Shown: in pieces, positions 1 through 9,647 of the stretch
Layout of the letters: each line of letters opens with the position of its first letter
Numbering within the stretch: position 1 is the first letter of the stretch
Assembly (NCBI GenBank): GCA_002376865.1
Contig: DFOU01000009.1
Location: 7,788 to 62,166 of the forward strand
Direction: 5' to 3'
Length of the DNA stretch: 54,379 nucleotides
Origin: Patescibacteria group bacterium UBA3533
GTDB taxonomy: Bacteria; Patescibacteriota; Minisyncoccia; Phycocordibacterales; Phycocordibacteraceae
The notes under the pieces: model-generated
Seen by the model: only the letters and a program-made list of their open reading frames with translations
Database searches by the model: none
What the model was told of the DNA's origin: nothing
Position numbers and translations under genes: made by a program

Positions 1-915
1 CTAAATGAGCTTGGAAGAATGGTAGATGACAAGGTTCACAAGATGGGGAAGGATGTAAATGACTCTATCTACAAGCAGGCAAATGACTCTCAAAAACTCA
101 TCAAAGATATTACCCAAGAAATAACCTCAGTTAAGGAGCTTGGGAGGCAGACTGCAGGATTTGCAGAGCAACTGAAATCTCTGCAAGATGTACTAAAGAA
201 CCCAAAGCAGCGAGGAGTACTTGGCGAGTATTATCTCGAGACTGTTTTAAAGAATGTATTGGCGCCAGGCATGTATCAAATGCAGTACATGTTTAAGAAT
301 AAAGAAGCAGTGGATGCTGTTGTGTTTATTAAAGAGAAGATCGTACCTATTGATTCAAAGTTCTCGCTTGAGAACTACAACCGTCTTGTAAATGCAGCAG
401 AGCAGGACAAGCCGGCACATGAGAAAGCATTTATTAATGATTTAAAGCTTCGTATTGTTGAGACATCAAAATACATTCGCCCAGAGGAGGGGACCATGGA
501 TTTTGCTTTCATGTTTATTCCATCTGAAGGAATCTACTATGATTTGCTCGTAAATACTGTCGGGGGAAGAGAAGATGAGAACCTAATCCAAATGGCAGCT
601 GCAAAACATAAGGTGATCATCGTTTCTCCTACATCATTCCTTGCATACCTTCAGACAGTGCTTCAGGGACTTAATGCGCTTCAAATTGAGCAAAAGGCTG
701 TAGAGATTCAAAAGGGTGTTGAAAAGCTCGGAAGACACCTTAAAAAGTACGATGAATACTATCAAAAGCTTGGAGGAACCCTTTCAACTACTGTTTCGCA
801 CTATAACAATGGATATAAGGAGTTAAAGAAGGTAGATAAGGATATTTATCGTATTTCTGAATTTAGTACCGATATAGAGCCAGAAGAGCTTCCAAAGCCC
901 CAATTAGAAGACTAA
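1..915 (+). CDS. rmuC: DNA recombination protein RmuC (5' end probably outside the window)
   Basis: NPKQRGVLGE, PIDSKF, FAFMFIPSEGIY and IVSPTSFLAYL motifs typical of RmuC; reading frame is open to the window edge. Confidence 0.9.
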   Translation, partial: LNELGRMVDDKVHKMGKDVNDSIYKQANDSQKLIKDITQEITSVKELGRQTAGFAEQLKSLQDVLKNPKQRGVLGEYYLETVLKNVLAPGMYQMQYMFKNKEAVDAVVFIKEKIVPIDSKFSLENYNRLVNAAEQDKPAHEKAFINDLKLRIVETSKYIRPEEGTMDFAFMFIPSEGIYYDLLVNTVGGREDENLIQMAAAKHKVIIVSPTSFLAYLQTVLQGLNALQIEQKAVEIQKGVEKLGRHLKKYDEYYQKLGGTLSTTVSHYNNGYKELKKVDKDIYRISEFSTDIEPEELPKPQLED

Positions 916-957
916 AACACTTGCTTTTTAGAGTAAATTCGCTATAGTACTGCAACT

Positions 958-1275
958 ATGAATACGGCTGTAATTAAGACCGGAGGAAAGCAATATGTTG
1001 TCGAGGAAGGCAGCACTATTTCTATTGAAAAGCGGTCAGATAAAGACTATCAGACAGGAGATGCTATCTCATTTGATGAGGTTCTTCTTATGGATGATGG
1101 TGCAAAGGTACAGCTTGGAACTCCAACAGTAAAAGCAACAGTATCTGGAACTGTGCTAGAGGCAGGGAAGGGAAAGAAAGTTATCGTAGAGCGATTTAAG
1201 AATAAGACTCGACAGCATACTAAAAAAGGACACCGACAGCATTTCCTGAAGGTGAAAGTAGAGAAGGTTGGGTAA
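958..1275 (+). CDS. rplU: 50S ribosomal protein L21
   Basis: AVIKTGGKQY N-terminus and KKGHRQ C-terminal motif. Confidence 0.97.
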   Translation: MNTAVIKTGGKQYVVEEGSTISIEKRSDKDYQTGDAISFDEVLLMDDGAKVQLGTPTVKATVSGTVLEAGKGKKVIVERFKNKTRQHTKKGHRQHFLKVKVEKVG

Positions 1276-1277
1276 AC

Positions 1278-1304
1278 AAAAATAGAGCCGAGAGGCTCTA
1301 TTTT
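1278..1304. terminator. Bidirectional intrinsic terminator between rplU and recR
   Basis: aaaatagagcc-gaga-ggctctatttt inverted repeat between convergent genes. Confidence 0.75.
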
Positions 1305-1897
1305 CTATTTGAGAGTGCATTCCGCAACGTCTCTTGATCCGAGTACTCAAGCTCTGTTCCTGTTGCAAGCCCTCTTCCAAGGAGTGAGATTTTTATATCA
1401 GGAGTTAGTAGTGGGTCAATTACATCAAGCACATGGTCTTTTGTTTGCTCTCCCTCTGCCGTTGCAGAAAGTCCAAGGATAATTTCAGAAAGTCCTTGAT
1501 CTGCTCGCATTCCAACAGCCTTTTTAAGAAGGTCATCGCGCACAGGATTCCTTCCAGTAATAGGAACTGTTCCTCCAAGAATCACGTAGTATCCAGCAAA
1601 GAGTCCGCTTTTCTCAACTGCAATAAGATCTGCATCTTTCTCTACAATCATAAGAGCAGAATGATCTCTATTTTGATCAGAGCAGTACACGCACTCAGGT
1701 TTTGCGTCAGTATGAAAAAGACCGCAGCTAGGGCACGTGTGTACCGTGCTTTTAACAGTAGCAATAAGATTTCCAAACTCTCGCAAATCGCTTCCCGATC
1801 GCTTTAAGAGACTATAAACAAGACGCCGCGCTTGTCGCGGTCCAATACCTGATAATTGCTCAAAGTGATATATGAGCTTTTCTAAACTATTCTGCAT
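1298..1897 (-). CDS. recR: Recombination mediator RecR
   Basis: HhH motif LSGIGPRQARR, C4 zinc finger CPSC..CVYC, Toprim VEKDAD and GLATGTELEY. Confidence 0.95.
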   Translation of the reverse strand: MQNSLEKLIYHFEQLSGIGPRQARRLVYSLLKRSGSDLREFGNLIATVKSTVHTCPSCGLFHTDAKPECVYCSDQNRDHSALMIVEKDADLIAVEKSGLFAGYYVILGGTVPITGRNPVRDDLLKKAVGMRADQGLSEIILGLSATAEGEQTKDHVLDVIDPLLTPDIKISLLGRGLATGTELEYSDQETLRNALSNRK

Positions 1898-3269
1898 GAT
1901 CTTCTATGGGTGCTCCTGCAAGAGCATCAAATTCACTCGTCTCAAGATCCATAAAGGTAACTCGCTTCTCATCAAAGTATAGCTCTGCAACTCCAACAGG
2001 ACCGTTTCGATGCTTTTCTACACAAATCTCTGCAATATTATTCTTATCTGCTGCTTGATTCATCTTGTCTTCTCGATGGATGAACATAACAACATCGGCA
2101 TCCTGTTCAATAGATCCAGAGTCTCGAAGGTCAGAAAGCCTTGGGCGTCCTCCGCGCTGCTCAACTGCTCGAGATAGCTGTGATAGGGCAATAACAGGTA
2201 CATCAAGCTCACGAGCCAAGCTCTTTAGAGACCTGGAAATTTCTGTAACTTGCTGCACCATTGAGTCACTAGCCTTAGTGTCTGTAGGAGACATGAGCTG
2301 AAGGTAGTCGACAATAATAAGTCCAATACCGTGTTCACGCTTTAGTCTTCGTGCAGTAGCACGCATGGCAAGGATATTGTTTCCAGGCTTATCATCGATA
2401 AAGATTGGAGCATTTGAAAGTGTCTCAAGAGCATCTCGAACCTTTGAGAAGTCATCTTCGCTGCTAATAGACCCGGTACGAAGCTTCCATGAGTTAACGT
2501 AACTCTCAGAGGCCAGCATACGCTCTACAAGCTGCTGTGAGCTCATCTCAAGGGAGAAAATACCCACAGGTACATTGTGCTTAACTGCTGCATTACGAGC
2601 GATATCAAGGGCTAGAGATGTCTTTCCCATAGAAGGACGAGCAGCAAGAATCACAAGGTCTGATGGTTGGAACCCTGATAGGAGATTATCTAGTCCCTTA
2701 AATCCACTCTTAACTCCACGAACATTATCCTTGCTCTTTGAAAGCTTTTCGATGTGATCCCATGCAGCGGTAAGAGTTTCTTTGATGGCGATAAACTTGT
2801 GAGAGGCAAATGCGTTTCCAATACGCATAATATTTTTCTCAGCACTATCAAGCATCTCTGCAGTATCTTTTGATTCATCGTGTGCTTTCTCTGTAATGTC
2901 ATAAGCTGCAGAAATAAGGGATCGCATAATGTACTTTTGCGAAACAATCTGTGCGTAGTGAGCGATGTTTCCTGCAGATGGAGTTTTCTCGATAAGTTCT
3001 GCAAGGTATGCGCGCCCTCCAATTTGTTCAAGGTGTCCCTTGTCCTTTAGTTTCTGAGTAAGAGAGAGAAGGTCAATGGGCTCACTCTTTTCAAGCAGTT
3101 GAACCATCGCATTGAAAATAGTCTTATGTTTTTCTGCATAGAAACAATCTCCTTTAATAGTATCTGTGATGTCGTGTAGTGATTCAGGACGAACCATTAC
3201 TGAACCTAAAAGAGCCTGCTCACTCTCGAGAGACTGTGGAGGAATTCTGCTAAAGTCATTCTCCGCCAT
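1887..3269 (-). CDS. dnaB: Replicative DNA helicase DnaB
   Basis: AARPSMGKT Walker A, IVDYLQLM, LSQLSR, DLRDSGSIEQDAD, KHRNGP; no intein. Confidence 0.98.
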   Translation of the reverse strand: MAENDFSRIPPQSLESEQALLGSVMVRPESLHDITDTIKGDCFYAEKHKTIFNAMVQLLEKSEPIDLLSLTQKLKDKGHLEQIGGRAYLAELIEKTPSAGNIAHYAQIVSQKYIMRSLISAAYDITEKAHDESKDTAEMLDSAEKNIMRIGNAFASHKFIAIKETLTAAWDHIEKLSKSKDNVRGVKSGFKGLDNLLSGFQPSDLVILAARPSMGKTSLALDIARNAAVKHNVPVGIFSLEMSSQQLVERMLASESYVNSWKLRTGSISSEDDFSKVRDALETLSNAPIFIDDKPGNNILAMRATARRLKREHGIGLIIVDYLQLMSPTDTKASDSMVQQVTEISRSLKSLARELDVPVIALSQLSRAVEQRGGRPRLSDLRDSGSIEQDADVVMFIHREDKMNQAADKNNIAEICVEKHRNGPVGVAELYFDEKRVTFMDLETSEFDALAGAPIEDHAE

Positions 3270-3342
3270 ATGGAAACTATTGTATCAAAATTGCACACAA
3301 GGTGTGTAATGTGGACAGAGGGGATACGGTGGGGATAGGGAA

Positions 3343-4761
3343 TTAGTTAAGTTTTTCAACTACAAACCCCTCATCTGAGTCCTTCACAACAAATCCTTTC
3401 TCTTTAATAAGGTCACGAAGTTCATCAGCTTTCTTAAAATCTTTATTCTTCCTGTACTCCTCACGTTTCTCTGCAAGAGTTTGTACTTCATGAGGAATCT
3501 TTATTTTCAAACGATGTCCAAAGATCTCAAGTCCAAGAACTCTGTCCATTCGAGAAAGAGTTTTTTTCTTTGCTCCTTTTGATACGTCAGCATCTCGAAT
3601 CATCTCCCACATAAGAGCAAGAGCTTTTGGAGTATTTAAATCATCAAAGATTGCTTCTTTAAATTTATTTAAGTATTCATTTACAACATACGTTTCTTTC
3701 ACATCTTTGAGAGAGTCAGCAAATAGATGCAATCGTCCAAGAGCACGCTCAGCGCCTGCCAGGGATTCTTTGGTAAATGACTGAGGAGTTCGATAGTGTG
3801 CTTCAAGGAAGAGGTACCGCAGTGCCATTGGATGATCTAACTCTTTTAGAAGGGTGGTATTTCCAAGAGACTTTGAAATCTTTTCTCCTCCAAAGTTAAG
3901 AAATGCATTGTGCATCCAAACAGAAGCAAACGTTTTTCCTGTTGCAGACTCACTCTGTGCTATTTCATTGTTGTGATGTGTGTAGATGTGATCTTCACCT
4001 CCAGTATGGATATCAATCTGCTCTCCCAAATGACTTATTGCCATAGCAGAACACTCTAGGTGCCATCCAGGGAAGCCAATACCCCATGGCGAATCCCATT
4101 CTTGTAGACGCTTTGCTCCTCCTGAGAGCTTCCAGAGGGCAAAGTCTGCTGCATTTTTCTTTTCTCCAACATCAACACGAGCACCTTCTTGGAGCTGTGC
4201 AAGATTTACACCCCCAAGCTCTCCATAGGTAGGGAAGGTGTCTGTATCAAAATAAACTCCATCTTTTGTTTTGTACGTGTGGCCTTTTTCTTCAAGTGCT
4301 TCGATTATTTCAATCTGTTCTGTTATGTGATCTGTTGCTTTAGGAAAATGATATCGGCCCCTCACAATATTAAGAGCATCAAGATCATCCATGAATGCCT
4401 GCGTGTACTCCTCGGTAATTTCCTTCGCACTTCGTTTTTGTTTTGCGGCTTCTTTTTCGATCTTGTCATCTCCAAGATCTGCATCATCAACTATGTGACC
4501 TACGTCAGTTATGTTGATGACATGTTTTGGTTTATATCCTGCAAGGGTAAGGGTGCGGTGTAGTGTGTCTGCAAAAACATATGCTCGAAGGTTTCCAACA
4601 TGCACTGGCCCATACACTGTTGGTCCACAACTGTAGATAGAAACATGGGGAGCTTTAAGAGGTTTTAAAATCTCTTTTTTCTTAGACTTCGTGTTGTACA
4701 AGTGTACGCCACGAGCTTTAGGTTGTAGGAATCGCCAATTTAAAAACATATCTATAGCCAC
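3343..4761 (-). CDS. cysS: Cysteine--tRNA ligase (exact start uncertain)
   Basis: CGPTVY..HVGN, PGWHLECSAM, KISKS. Confidence 0.97.
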   Translation of the reverse strand: MAIDMFLNWRFLQPKARGVHLYNTKSKKKEILKPLKAPHVSIYSCGPTVYGPVHVGNLRAYVFADTLHRTLTLAGYKPKHVINITDVGHIVDDADLGDDKIEKEAAKQKRSAKEITEEYTQAFMDDLDALNIVRGRYHFPKATDHITEQIEIIEALEEKGHTYKTKDGVYFDTDTFPTYGELGGVNLAQLQEGARVDVGEKKNAADFALWKLSGGAKRLQEWDSPWGIGFPGWHLECSAMAISHLGEQIDIHTGGEDHIYTHHNNEIAQSESATGKTFASVWMHNAFLNFGGEKISKSLGNTTLLKELDHPMALRYLFLEAHYRTPQSFTKESLAGAERALGRLHLFADSLKDVKETYVVNEYLNKFKEAIFDDLNTPKALALMWEMIRDADVSKGAKKKTLSRMDRVLGLEIFGHRLKIKIPHEVQTLAEKREEYRKNKDFKKADELRDLIKEKGFVVKDSDEGFVVEKLN

Positions 4762-5666
4762 TTTTTATACATAAAGTATCCAAAGAATAGGGTTGTAAAG
4801 GCAAACATAATGCCAATGATAATCCAGAAGTCTCCCTCCATTCCTACAATTGGAATATATGCGGTATTCATACCAAATATTCCAGCAATAAGAGAAAGCG
4901 GGAAAGTAACAAAGGCCATAATGGTAAGTACTTTCATTACCTCATTCTGCTTTGTAGTAAGGAGTGAGTTATTTGTTTCTCGGAGACCTGATGCCATTTG
5001 GAGGTATGAGCTTGTTGTTGTTTGTGTACGAAGGTGCTCTCCAATAAGCGCTTTAGGGTACATAGCAAATTTTTTTCCAAACACTCCCTCTGCTTGTCGG
5101 TCAAATGATTCAAGCACTGCCTTATGTGTCTCAAGAAGAATATTAAAGTTTCGAAGGATGGTGCTTACCTTTGAAATTTCAAATACCATCTCTTTTTCCT
5201 TTCCTTTAAACATCTCGTCCTCAATACGCTTAATCATGTCTCGCTGATAATCAAGCTCATGAAATACTCCAGCGTAGAGCTTCATAATGATTTTGTAGAG
5301 AAGCTCTCCAGCATGGTGCAGCGCTGGCTCATTATCAATAATAGTTTCGGTCTCAAGTATTTTGTGGAATTTATGAATCGGGTCGATTGCATCATAGCGA
5401 ACGGTAATCATATATTTCTCTCCAAGAATAAAATCAACTTCTTGGGATGCGCTTCGTGTGTGTGAGTGGCGCTCAGCAGGGAAGTGAAGGATGAGGTAGA
5501 GGTAATCATCTCCCGAAATAACAGAGGGTTTAAGAGTTGGCGCCTGAAGCTCTTCCACAATGAAAGGGTCAATAGAAAATTCCTTAGCAATTTGCTCTAA
5601 CTCTTCAATATCAGGGGATTCAAGGTCTACCCACGAAATACCATCAAGCTCCTGGCGCTTTATCAT
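4752..5666 (-). CDS. corA: CorA-family Mg2+/Co2+ transporter (start taken at the ATG at 5666)
   Basis: GMN signature between two C-terminal TM helices, NEVMKVLT. Confidence 0.92.
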   Translation of the reverse strand: MIKRQELDGISWVDLESPDIEELEQIAKEFSIDPFIVEELQAPTLKPSVISGDDYLYLILHFPAERHSHTRSASQEVDFILGEKYMITVRYDAIDPIHKFHKILETETIIDNEPALHHAGELLYKIIMKLYAGVFHELDYQRDMIKRIEDEMFKGKEKEMVFEISKVSTILRNFNILLETHKAVLESFDRQAEGVFGKKFAMYPKALIGEHLRTQTTTSSYLQMASGLRETNNSLLTTKQNEVMKVLTIMAFVTFPLSLIAGIFGMNTAYIPIVGMEGDFWIIIGIMFAFTTLFFGYFMYKKWL

Positions 5667-5725
5667 GGCGCAATTATACCATCTCCCTTTGACGAGTTTA
5701 CGCTTACTTGCGATACTTCTTGATA

Positions 5726-6946
5726 ATGGAAGACACTCCACAGAAGCCAACTCCACTTCTTCGATTTGCCATAATCGGTGCACTCGTTTTTGCGGTTGGA
5801 TTTGGTTCAGGAGTCCTGTTGGGAGGAGGGAAAAGCCTTAGGGCATTCTCTCTTCCATTTTTTGGTCCTGATGCAACTCCGCAAGAAGATGTGGATCTCT
5901 CAACCTTTTGGAAAGTATGGAATACGCTTGATGCAAAGTTTGTGCGTAATGCAAGTACGACACCTCTAACTGCAGAAGAGCTCATCTATGGAGCAGCGCA
6001 GGGTATTGCAAATGCGTATGGAGACCCTTACACAATTTTCTTGCCTCCACAGGAAGCTGAAATTTTTGCAGAAGATATCAGTGGAAACTTTTCAGGAGTT
6101 GGAATGGAGATTGGTGTTAGAGACGGAGTTCTAACTGTTGTTGCCCCTCTAAAAGGAACACCAGCTGAAGCTGCAGGACTCTTAAGTGGAGACAAGATCA
6201 TTGGAATTGATGGAGAGAGTACTGATGGAGTAGGCTCTGACGTTGCAGTTACCTTTATTCGGGGAGAGGCAGGAACACCAGTGGTATTCACCATTCTTCG
6301 AGGGGATGATGAGATTCTTGAAATTGAGGTGGTTCGGGCAAATATTGAGATTCCAACTATCAATACAGAGCTTCGAGACGACAATGTGTTTGTTATTGAG
6401 CTGTATAACTTTGGAGCAACATCCCCACAGCTTTTCCGTGAAGCGCTCGATGAGTTTGTAGAAGCACAAACTCCATACCTTGTTATTGATTTACGAGGAA
6501 ATCCTGGAGGTTTCCTTGAAGCTGCAGTTGATATGGGAAGCTGGTTCCTTCCAGATGGTGCCGTTATTGTTCGTGAGGACTTAGGAGAAGGGAAGAAAGA
6601 AAAGGTGCAACGCTCACGAGGATATGATGCATTTAATGAGCAGTTACAGCTTGCGGTCCTTATCGATGGGGGAAGTGCCTCAGCATCTGAGATTCTAGCT
6701 GGTGCACTTAAAGATCATGGTGTGGCAACCATCGTGGGAGCGACTTCATTTGGAAAAGGTTCAGTACAGGAGCTTGTAAATATTACGAACGATACATCAC
6801 TTAAAGTTACTGTTGCGAGGTGGCTAACACCTAATGGTATTTCAATTTCAAAAGAAGGGTTGATTCCAGATATAGAAGTGGAGTATGATCCTGATACTAC
6901 AGAAGACGAACAGCTAGAAGCTGCAGTTGATTTATTGCTAAAGTAG
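5726..6946 (+). CDS. S41-family C-terminal processing protease (CtpA/Prc-like) with PDZ domain
   Basis: N-terminal TM, GDPYT, DLRGNPGG, SASASEI, GKGSVQ. Confidence 0.95.
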   Translation: MEDTPQKPTPLLRFAIIGALVFAVGFGSGVLLGGGKSLRAFSLPFFGPDATPQEDVDLSTFWKVWNTLDAKFVRNASTTPLTAEELIYGAAQGIANAYGDPYTIFLPPQEAEIFAEDISGNFSGVGMEIGVRDGVLTVVAPLKGTPAEAAGLLSGDKIIGIDGESTDGVGSDVAVTFIRGEAGTPVVFTILRGDDEILEIEVVRANIEIPTINTELRDDNVFVIELYNFGATSPQLFREALDEFVEAQTPYLVIDLRGNPGGFLEAAVDMGSWFLPDGAVIVREDLGEGKKEKVQRSRGYDAFNEQLQLAVLIDGGSASASEILAGALKDHGVATIVGATSFGKGSVQELVNITNDTSLKVTVARWLTPNGISISKEGLIPDIEVEYDPDTTEDEQLEAAVDLLLK

Positions 6947-6951
6947 AAAAT

Positions 6952-7401
6952 ATGAAAGTTGTACTAACGAAAGATGTGAAGGGTATTGGAAGTAAGGGAG
7001 ATACAGTTGAGCAGAAAGATGGATACGCTCTCAACTTTCTTATTCCAAAAGGATTTGCAGTTCCAGAGAAGAGCTCTATTGCAAAGGTAACAATGCAAAA
7101 GCAGGGAGAGGCAGCTGATCGGAAGGAAGTTCAGCACGAGCTTCTAAATGAGACCATCAAGGGTCTTGATGGAGAAACTCTTTCATTTGAAAAGAAGGTA
7201 AACGAGCAAGGAGGACTTTACGACAAGGTAGATGCAAAGGAAATTGTTGCAAAAATTGCAGCAGAGAAGAATGTAGAGCTTCCAGAGGATGCTATTGCAC
7301 TTGAGGCATCACTTGAGGCTGCAGGAGAGCATAAGGTTACAGTTTCTAACGCTGAGGTAAGCGCTAAAGTGACAATCTCTATTATTCCTGAAACTACGTA
7401 A
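6952..7401 (+). CDS. rplI: 50S ribosomal protein L9
   Basis: MKVVLTKDVKGIG..GYALNFLIPKG. Confidence 0.95.
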   Translation: MKVVLTKDVKGIGSKGDTVEQKDGYALNFLIPKGFAVPEKSSIAKVTMQKQGEAADRKEVQHELLNETIKGLDGETLSFEKKVNEQGGLYDKVDAKEIVAKIAAEKNVELPEDAIALEASLEAAGEHKVTVSNAEVSAKVTISIIPETT

Positions 7402-7426
7402 TTAACTACGTAGTTAACTCAGTAGA

Positions 7427-7461
7427 TACTAAAAAAGCCCCTTCAAGGGGCTTTTTTAGTA
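7427..7461. terminator. Bidirectional terminator between rplI and rpmA
   Basis: tactaaaaaagcccct-tca-aggggcttttttagta perfect inverted repeat. Confidence 0.85.
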
Positions 7462-7474
7462 GGAGATTTTGTAT

Positions 7475-7747
7475 TTAGCTAACGTGAGCAACCTTCTTGT
7501 TCACTACGCTTCCATCAAAACGAGTTTTTCGCTTATTTTTGAAAGATACTGTTCCGTCAGTTACTGCGTATAGGGTATGATCTCGTCCCACTTTTACATT
7601 CTCTCCAGCCTCAATCTTAGTTCCACGCTGACGCACGATAACAGCACCTGCTTTCGCGGCCTGTCCATCTGCGAGCTTAGTTCCTAGATATTTAGGATTA
7701 CTGTCTCGTAGGTTTTTTGCTGATCCACCGGCTTTTCTATGTGCCAT
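7475..7747 (-). CDS. rpmA: 50S ribosomal protein L27
   Basis: [31 protein letters not shown]. Confidence 0.97.
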   Translation of the reverse strand: MAHRKAGGSAKNLRDSNPKYLGTKLADGQAAKAGAVIVRQRGTKIEAGENVKVGRDHTLYAVTDGTVSFKNKRKTRFDGSVVNKKVAHVS

Positions 7748-7766
7748 ATGCTATATACTTAGTGGC

Positions 7767-8114
7767 ATGAATATACCAGAGAGACTGCAAAAACTCAAGG
7801 GGTTATTAAGTAAAGACTTCATTATTCTCATGACCCTTGTTCTAACCTCTGGAATCAGCTTCTCTTTTGGCTATTTGGCAGGGAAAGACGCCGTAAAACA
7901 AGAGGTTTTTATAGACACAAGTGCTGCTGTATACAATGCCGAAGTGGGGGAGGAGAATAAGAGGTTTGTGGGGTCTATCTCAGGTACTAAATACCATCTT
8001 CCCAGCTGTTCTTCTGCAAAGCGTATAAAAGAAGAAAATAAAGTCTATTTTGCAACAAGAGAAGATGCAGAGCTTGCAGGATATTCTCCAGCAGGGAATT
8101 GTGAAGGACTATAG
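7767..8114 (+). CDS. Membrane-anchored protein with C-terminal Ada metal-binding-like domain
   Basis: TM helix then GS..GTKYHLPSC...F.TREDA..AGYSPAGNC. Confidence 0.75.
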   Translation: MNIPERLQKLKGLLSKDFIILMTLVLTSGISFSFGYLAGKDAVKQEVFIDTSAAVYNAEVGEENKRFVGSISGTKYHLPSCSSAKRIKEENKVYFATREDAELAGYSPAGNCEGL

Positions 8115-8140
8115 TTATTTTATTGCTATAATCATCGCAT

Positions 8141-8716
8141 ATGAAAACAATTTCAGTACTAGGAGCTATTAAAGAAGGGTGGGGGAGTTTTTGGTCACGG
8201 CCATGGTATCTAATGGGGCTTGCGCTGTCTGTATGGGTACTTTTTATATTAGGAACATCAGACGCTGCATTTACTGCACTTGGATATATTATCTTCGGAG
8301 GATATATTGCAATTATGATGCGACATCTTGCTGGAGAGCGCATCATCTTTGATGACCTCTTCTCGCTAGATAGTAGATGGATCTCTTTTGTATTCCTTGG
8401 AATGATTAAATTTATCTTCATTCTTATTGGACTTGCTCTATTTATTGTTCCTGGAATCTATCTTATCGTTAAGTGGATGTTTGCAGAGTATCTTGTTATT
8501 GAAAAAGGAATGAGGCCGATGGAAGCTCTCCGTGCCAGCTCTGAAATGACAAAAGGGAATAGATGGAAGCTTTTTGGATTTATGTTTCTAAGTATGTTAA
8601 TTGGACTTGCAGGACTTGTTGTTCTGGGAGTCGGAGTGCTAGCCTCAAGTTCTATTGTTATTTTGGCAACAATAAAAATCTACAAAGAATTGCAGAGTTC
8701 TGAAGTTGTTGTCTAG
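8141..8716 (+). CDS. Integral membrane protein (DUF975-like)
   Basis: Several TM helices, LFIVPGIY and ALRASSEMTKGNRWKLF motifs. Confidence 0.7.
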   Translation: MKTISVLGAIKEGWGSFWSRPWYLMGLALSVWVLFILGTSDAAFTALGYIIFGGYIAIMMRHLAGERIIFDDLFSLDSRWISFVFLGMIKFIFILIGLALFIVPGIYLIVKWMFAEYLVIEKGMRPMEALRASSEMTKGNRWKLFGFMFLSMLIGLAGLVVLGVGVLASSSIVILATIKIYKELQSSEVVV

Positions 8717-8721
8717 GCATT

Positions 8722-8747
8722 AAAAAACACGACTGTGTAGGTCGTGC
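8722..8747 (-). terminator. Intrinsic terminator closing the ncRNA transcript
   Basis: Minus strand gcacgac-ctacaca-gtcgtgt followed by a T run. Confidence 0.7.
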
Positions 8748-8753
8748 GGGTGA

Positions 8754-8943
8754 GGTGGGAAGGGTTCTGGTCGTCACCAAGACCCCTCCCGGTATTCTCA
8801 TCTCTAAATGGTGAATCTCTCTCGTCCTGCTGCAACTTTCTGGGCTAGGCCAGCAGGTAGAGTGTGACACCTCATCTATACTCATCTACAGACAACGATG
8901 CGTCTGTTGCAGGATGGTTGCTCATGCCCAGATCCCTGCCACC
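8754..8943 (-). ncRNA. Structured ~190-nt ncRNA, probably 6S RNA
   Basis: 5' GGTGG-c-AGGG-a-TCTGG pairs with 3' CCAGA-a-CCCT-tc-CCACC; inner stems flank an unpaired bubble; has its own promoter and terminator; no credible ORF. Confidence 0.55.
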
Positions 8944-8954
8944 GATGAGGCTAG

Positions 8955-8985
8955 AGTATACTAACACTATATAAATATTTGTCAA
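8955..8985 (-). promoter_or_regulatory. Sigma70-type promoter of the ncRNA
   Basis: TTGACA (8985-8980) with TAGTAT at 16 bp or TATACT at 19 bp spacing. Confidence 0.6.
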
Positions 8986-9024
8986 CCCACTAGGAAACCC
9001 TTCAATATATGAGAAAATAGGGGA

Positions 9025-9621
9025 ATGATAGTACTAGATATTGAAGCATCAGGAGTAAATGCAGAGAAGCATTCTATTGTTTCTATTGGGGCGATAGATA
9101 TAGAAAATCCCAATAATCAATTTTATGATGAGTGTAAGGTCTGGGATGGGGCGCATATAGATCCAGAAGCACTCGAGGTAAATGGATTTACAGAAGAAGA
9201 AATAACAGACCCTTCAAAAAAGACAGAAGCTGAAATAACAAAAGCATTTATTGCGTGGGCAACAGCAATAGAAGGAGATCGAACGCTTGCGGGACAAAAC
9301 GTTTCTTTCGATCGAGACTTTATCAAGCATGCTGCAGAGCGGGGAGGGTTAGATTATCCTTTTGCTGTTCGAAGTATTGATACGCACACCCTAGCTCATA
9401 TGCACATGGTTCAAAATGGCATTACCCCTCCATATGCAAACCATCGATCAGCTCTAAATCTAGATGCAGTACTTAACTATTGTGGAATTCCAGATGAGCC
9501 AGAGCCGCACAATGCTCTAACAGGAGCCATGAGTCACGCAGAAGTTATTGCAAGACTTCTTTATGACAAGAAGTTACTCCCAGAGTTTGAACAGTTCGAT
9601 ATTCCGTGGAAAACGAAATAG
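9025..9621 (+). CDS. DEDDh 3'-5' exonuclease
   Basis: VLDIEASG (ExoI), GQNVSFDRDF (ExoII), HNALTGA (ExoIII-like, last Asp replaced). Confidence 0.85.
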   Translation: MIVLDIEASGVNAEKHSIVSIGAIDIENPNNQFYDECKVWDGAHIDPEALEVNGFTEEEITDPSKKTEAEITKAFIAWATAIEGDRTLAGQNVSFDRDFIKHAAERGGLDYPFAVRSIDTHTLAHMHMVQNGITPPYANHRSALNLDAVLNYCGIPDEPEPHNALTGAMSHAEVIARLLYDKKLLPEFEQFDIPWKTK

Positions 9622-9647
9622 TAGGGGTGTGTTAAATTAGAGCCTAT

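Noticed and set aside
7392-7418. aactacgta tandem repeat and palindrome at the rplI stop
   Set aside because: A very short local duplication with no second occurrence noticed and no functional context.
8658-8885. 75-aa minus-strand ORF in the structured intergenic region
   Set aside because: No recognisable protein features, and it runs through the terminator into the convergent gene; better explained as ncRNA.
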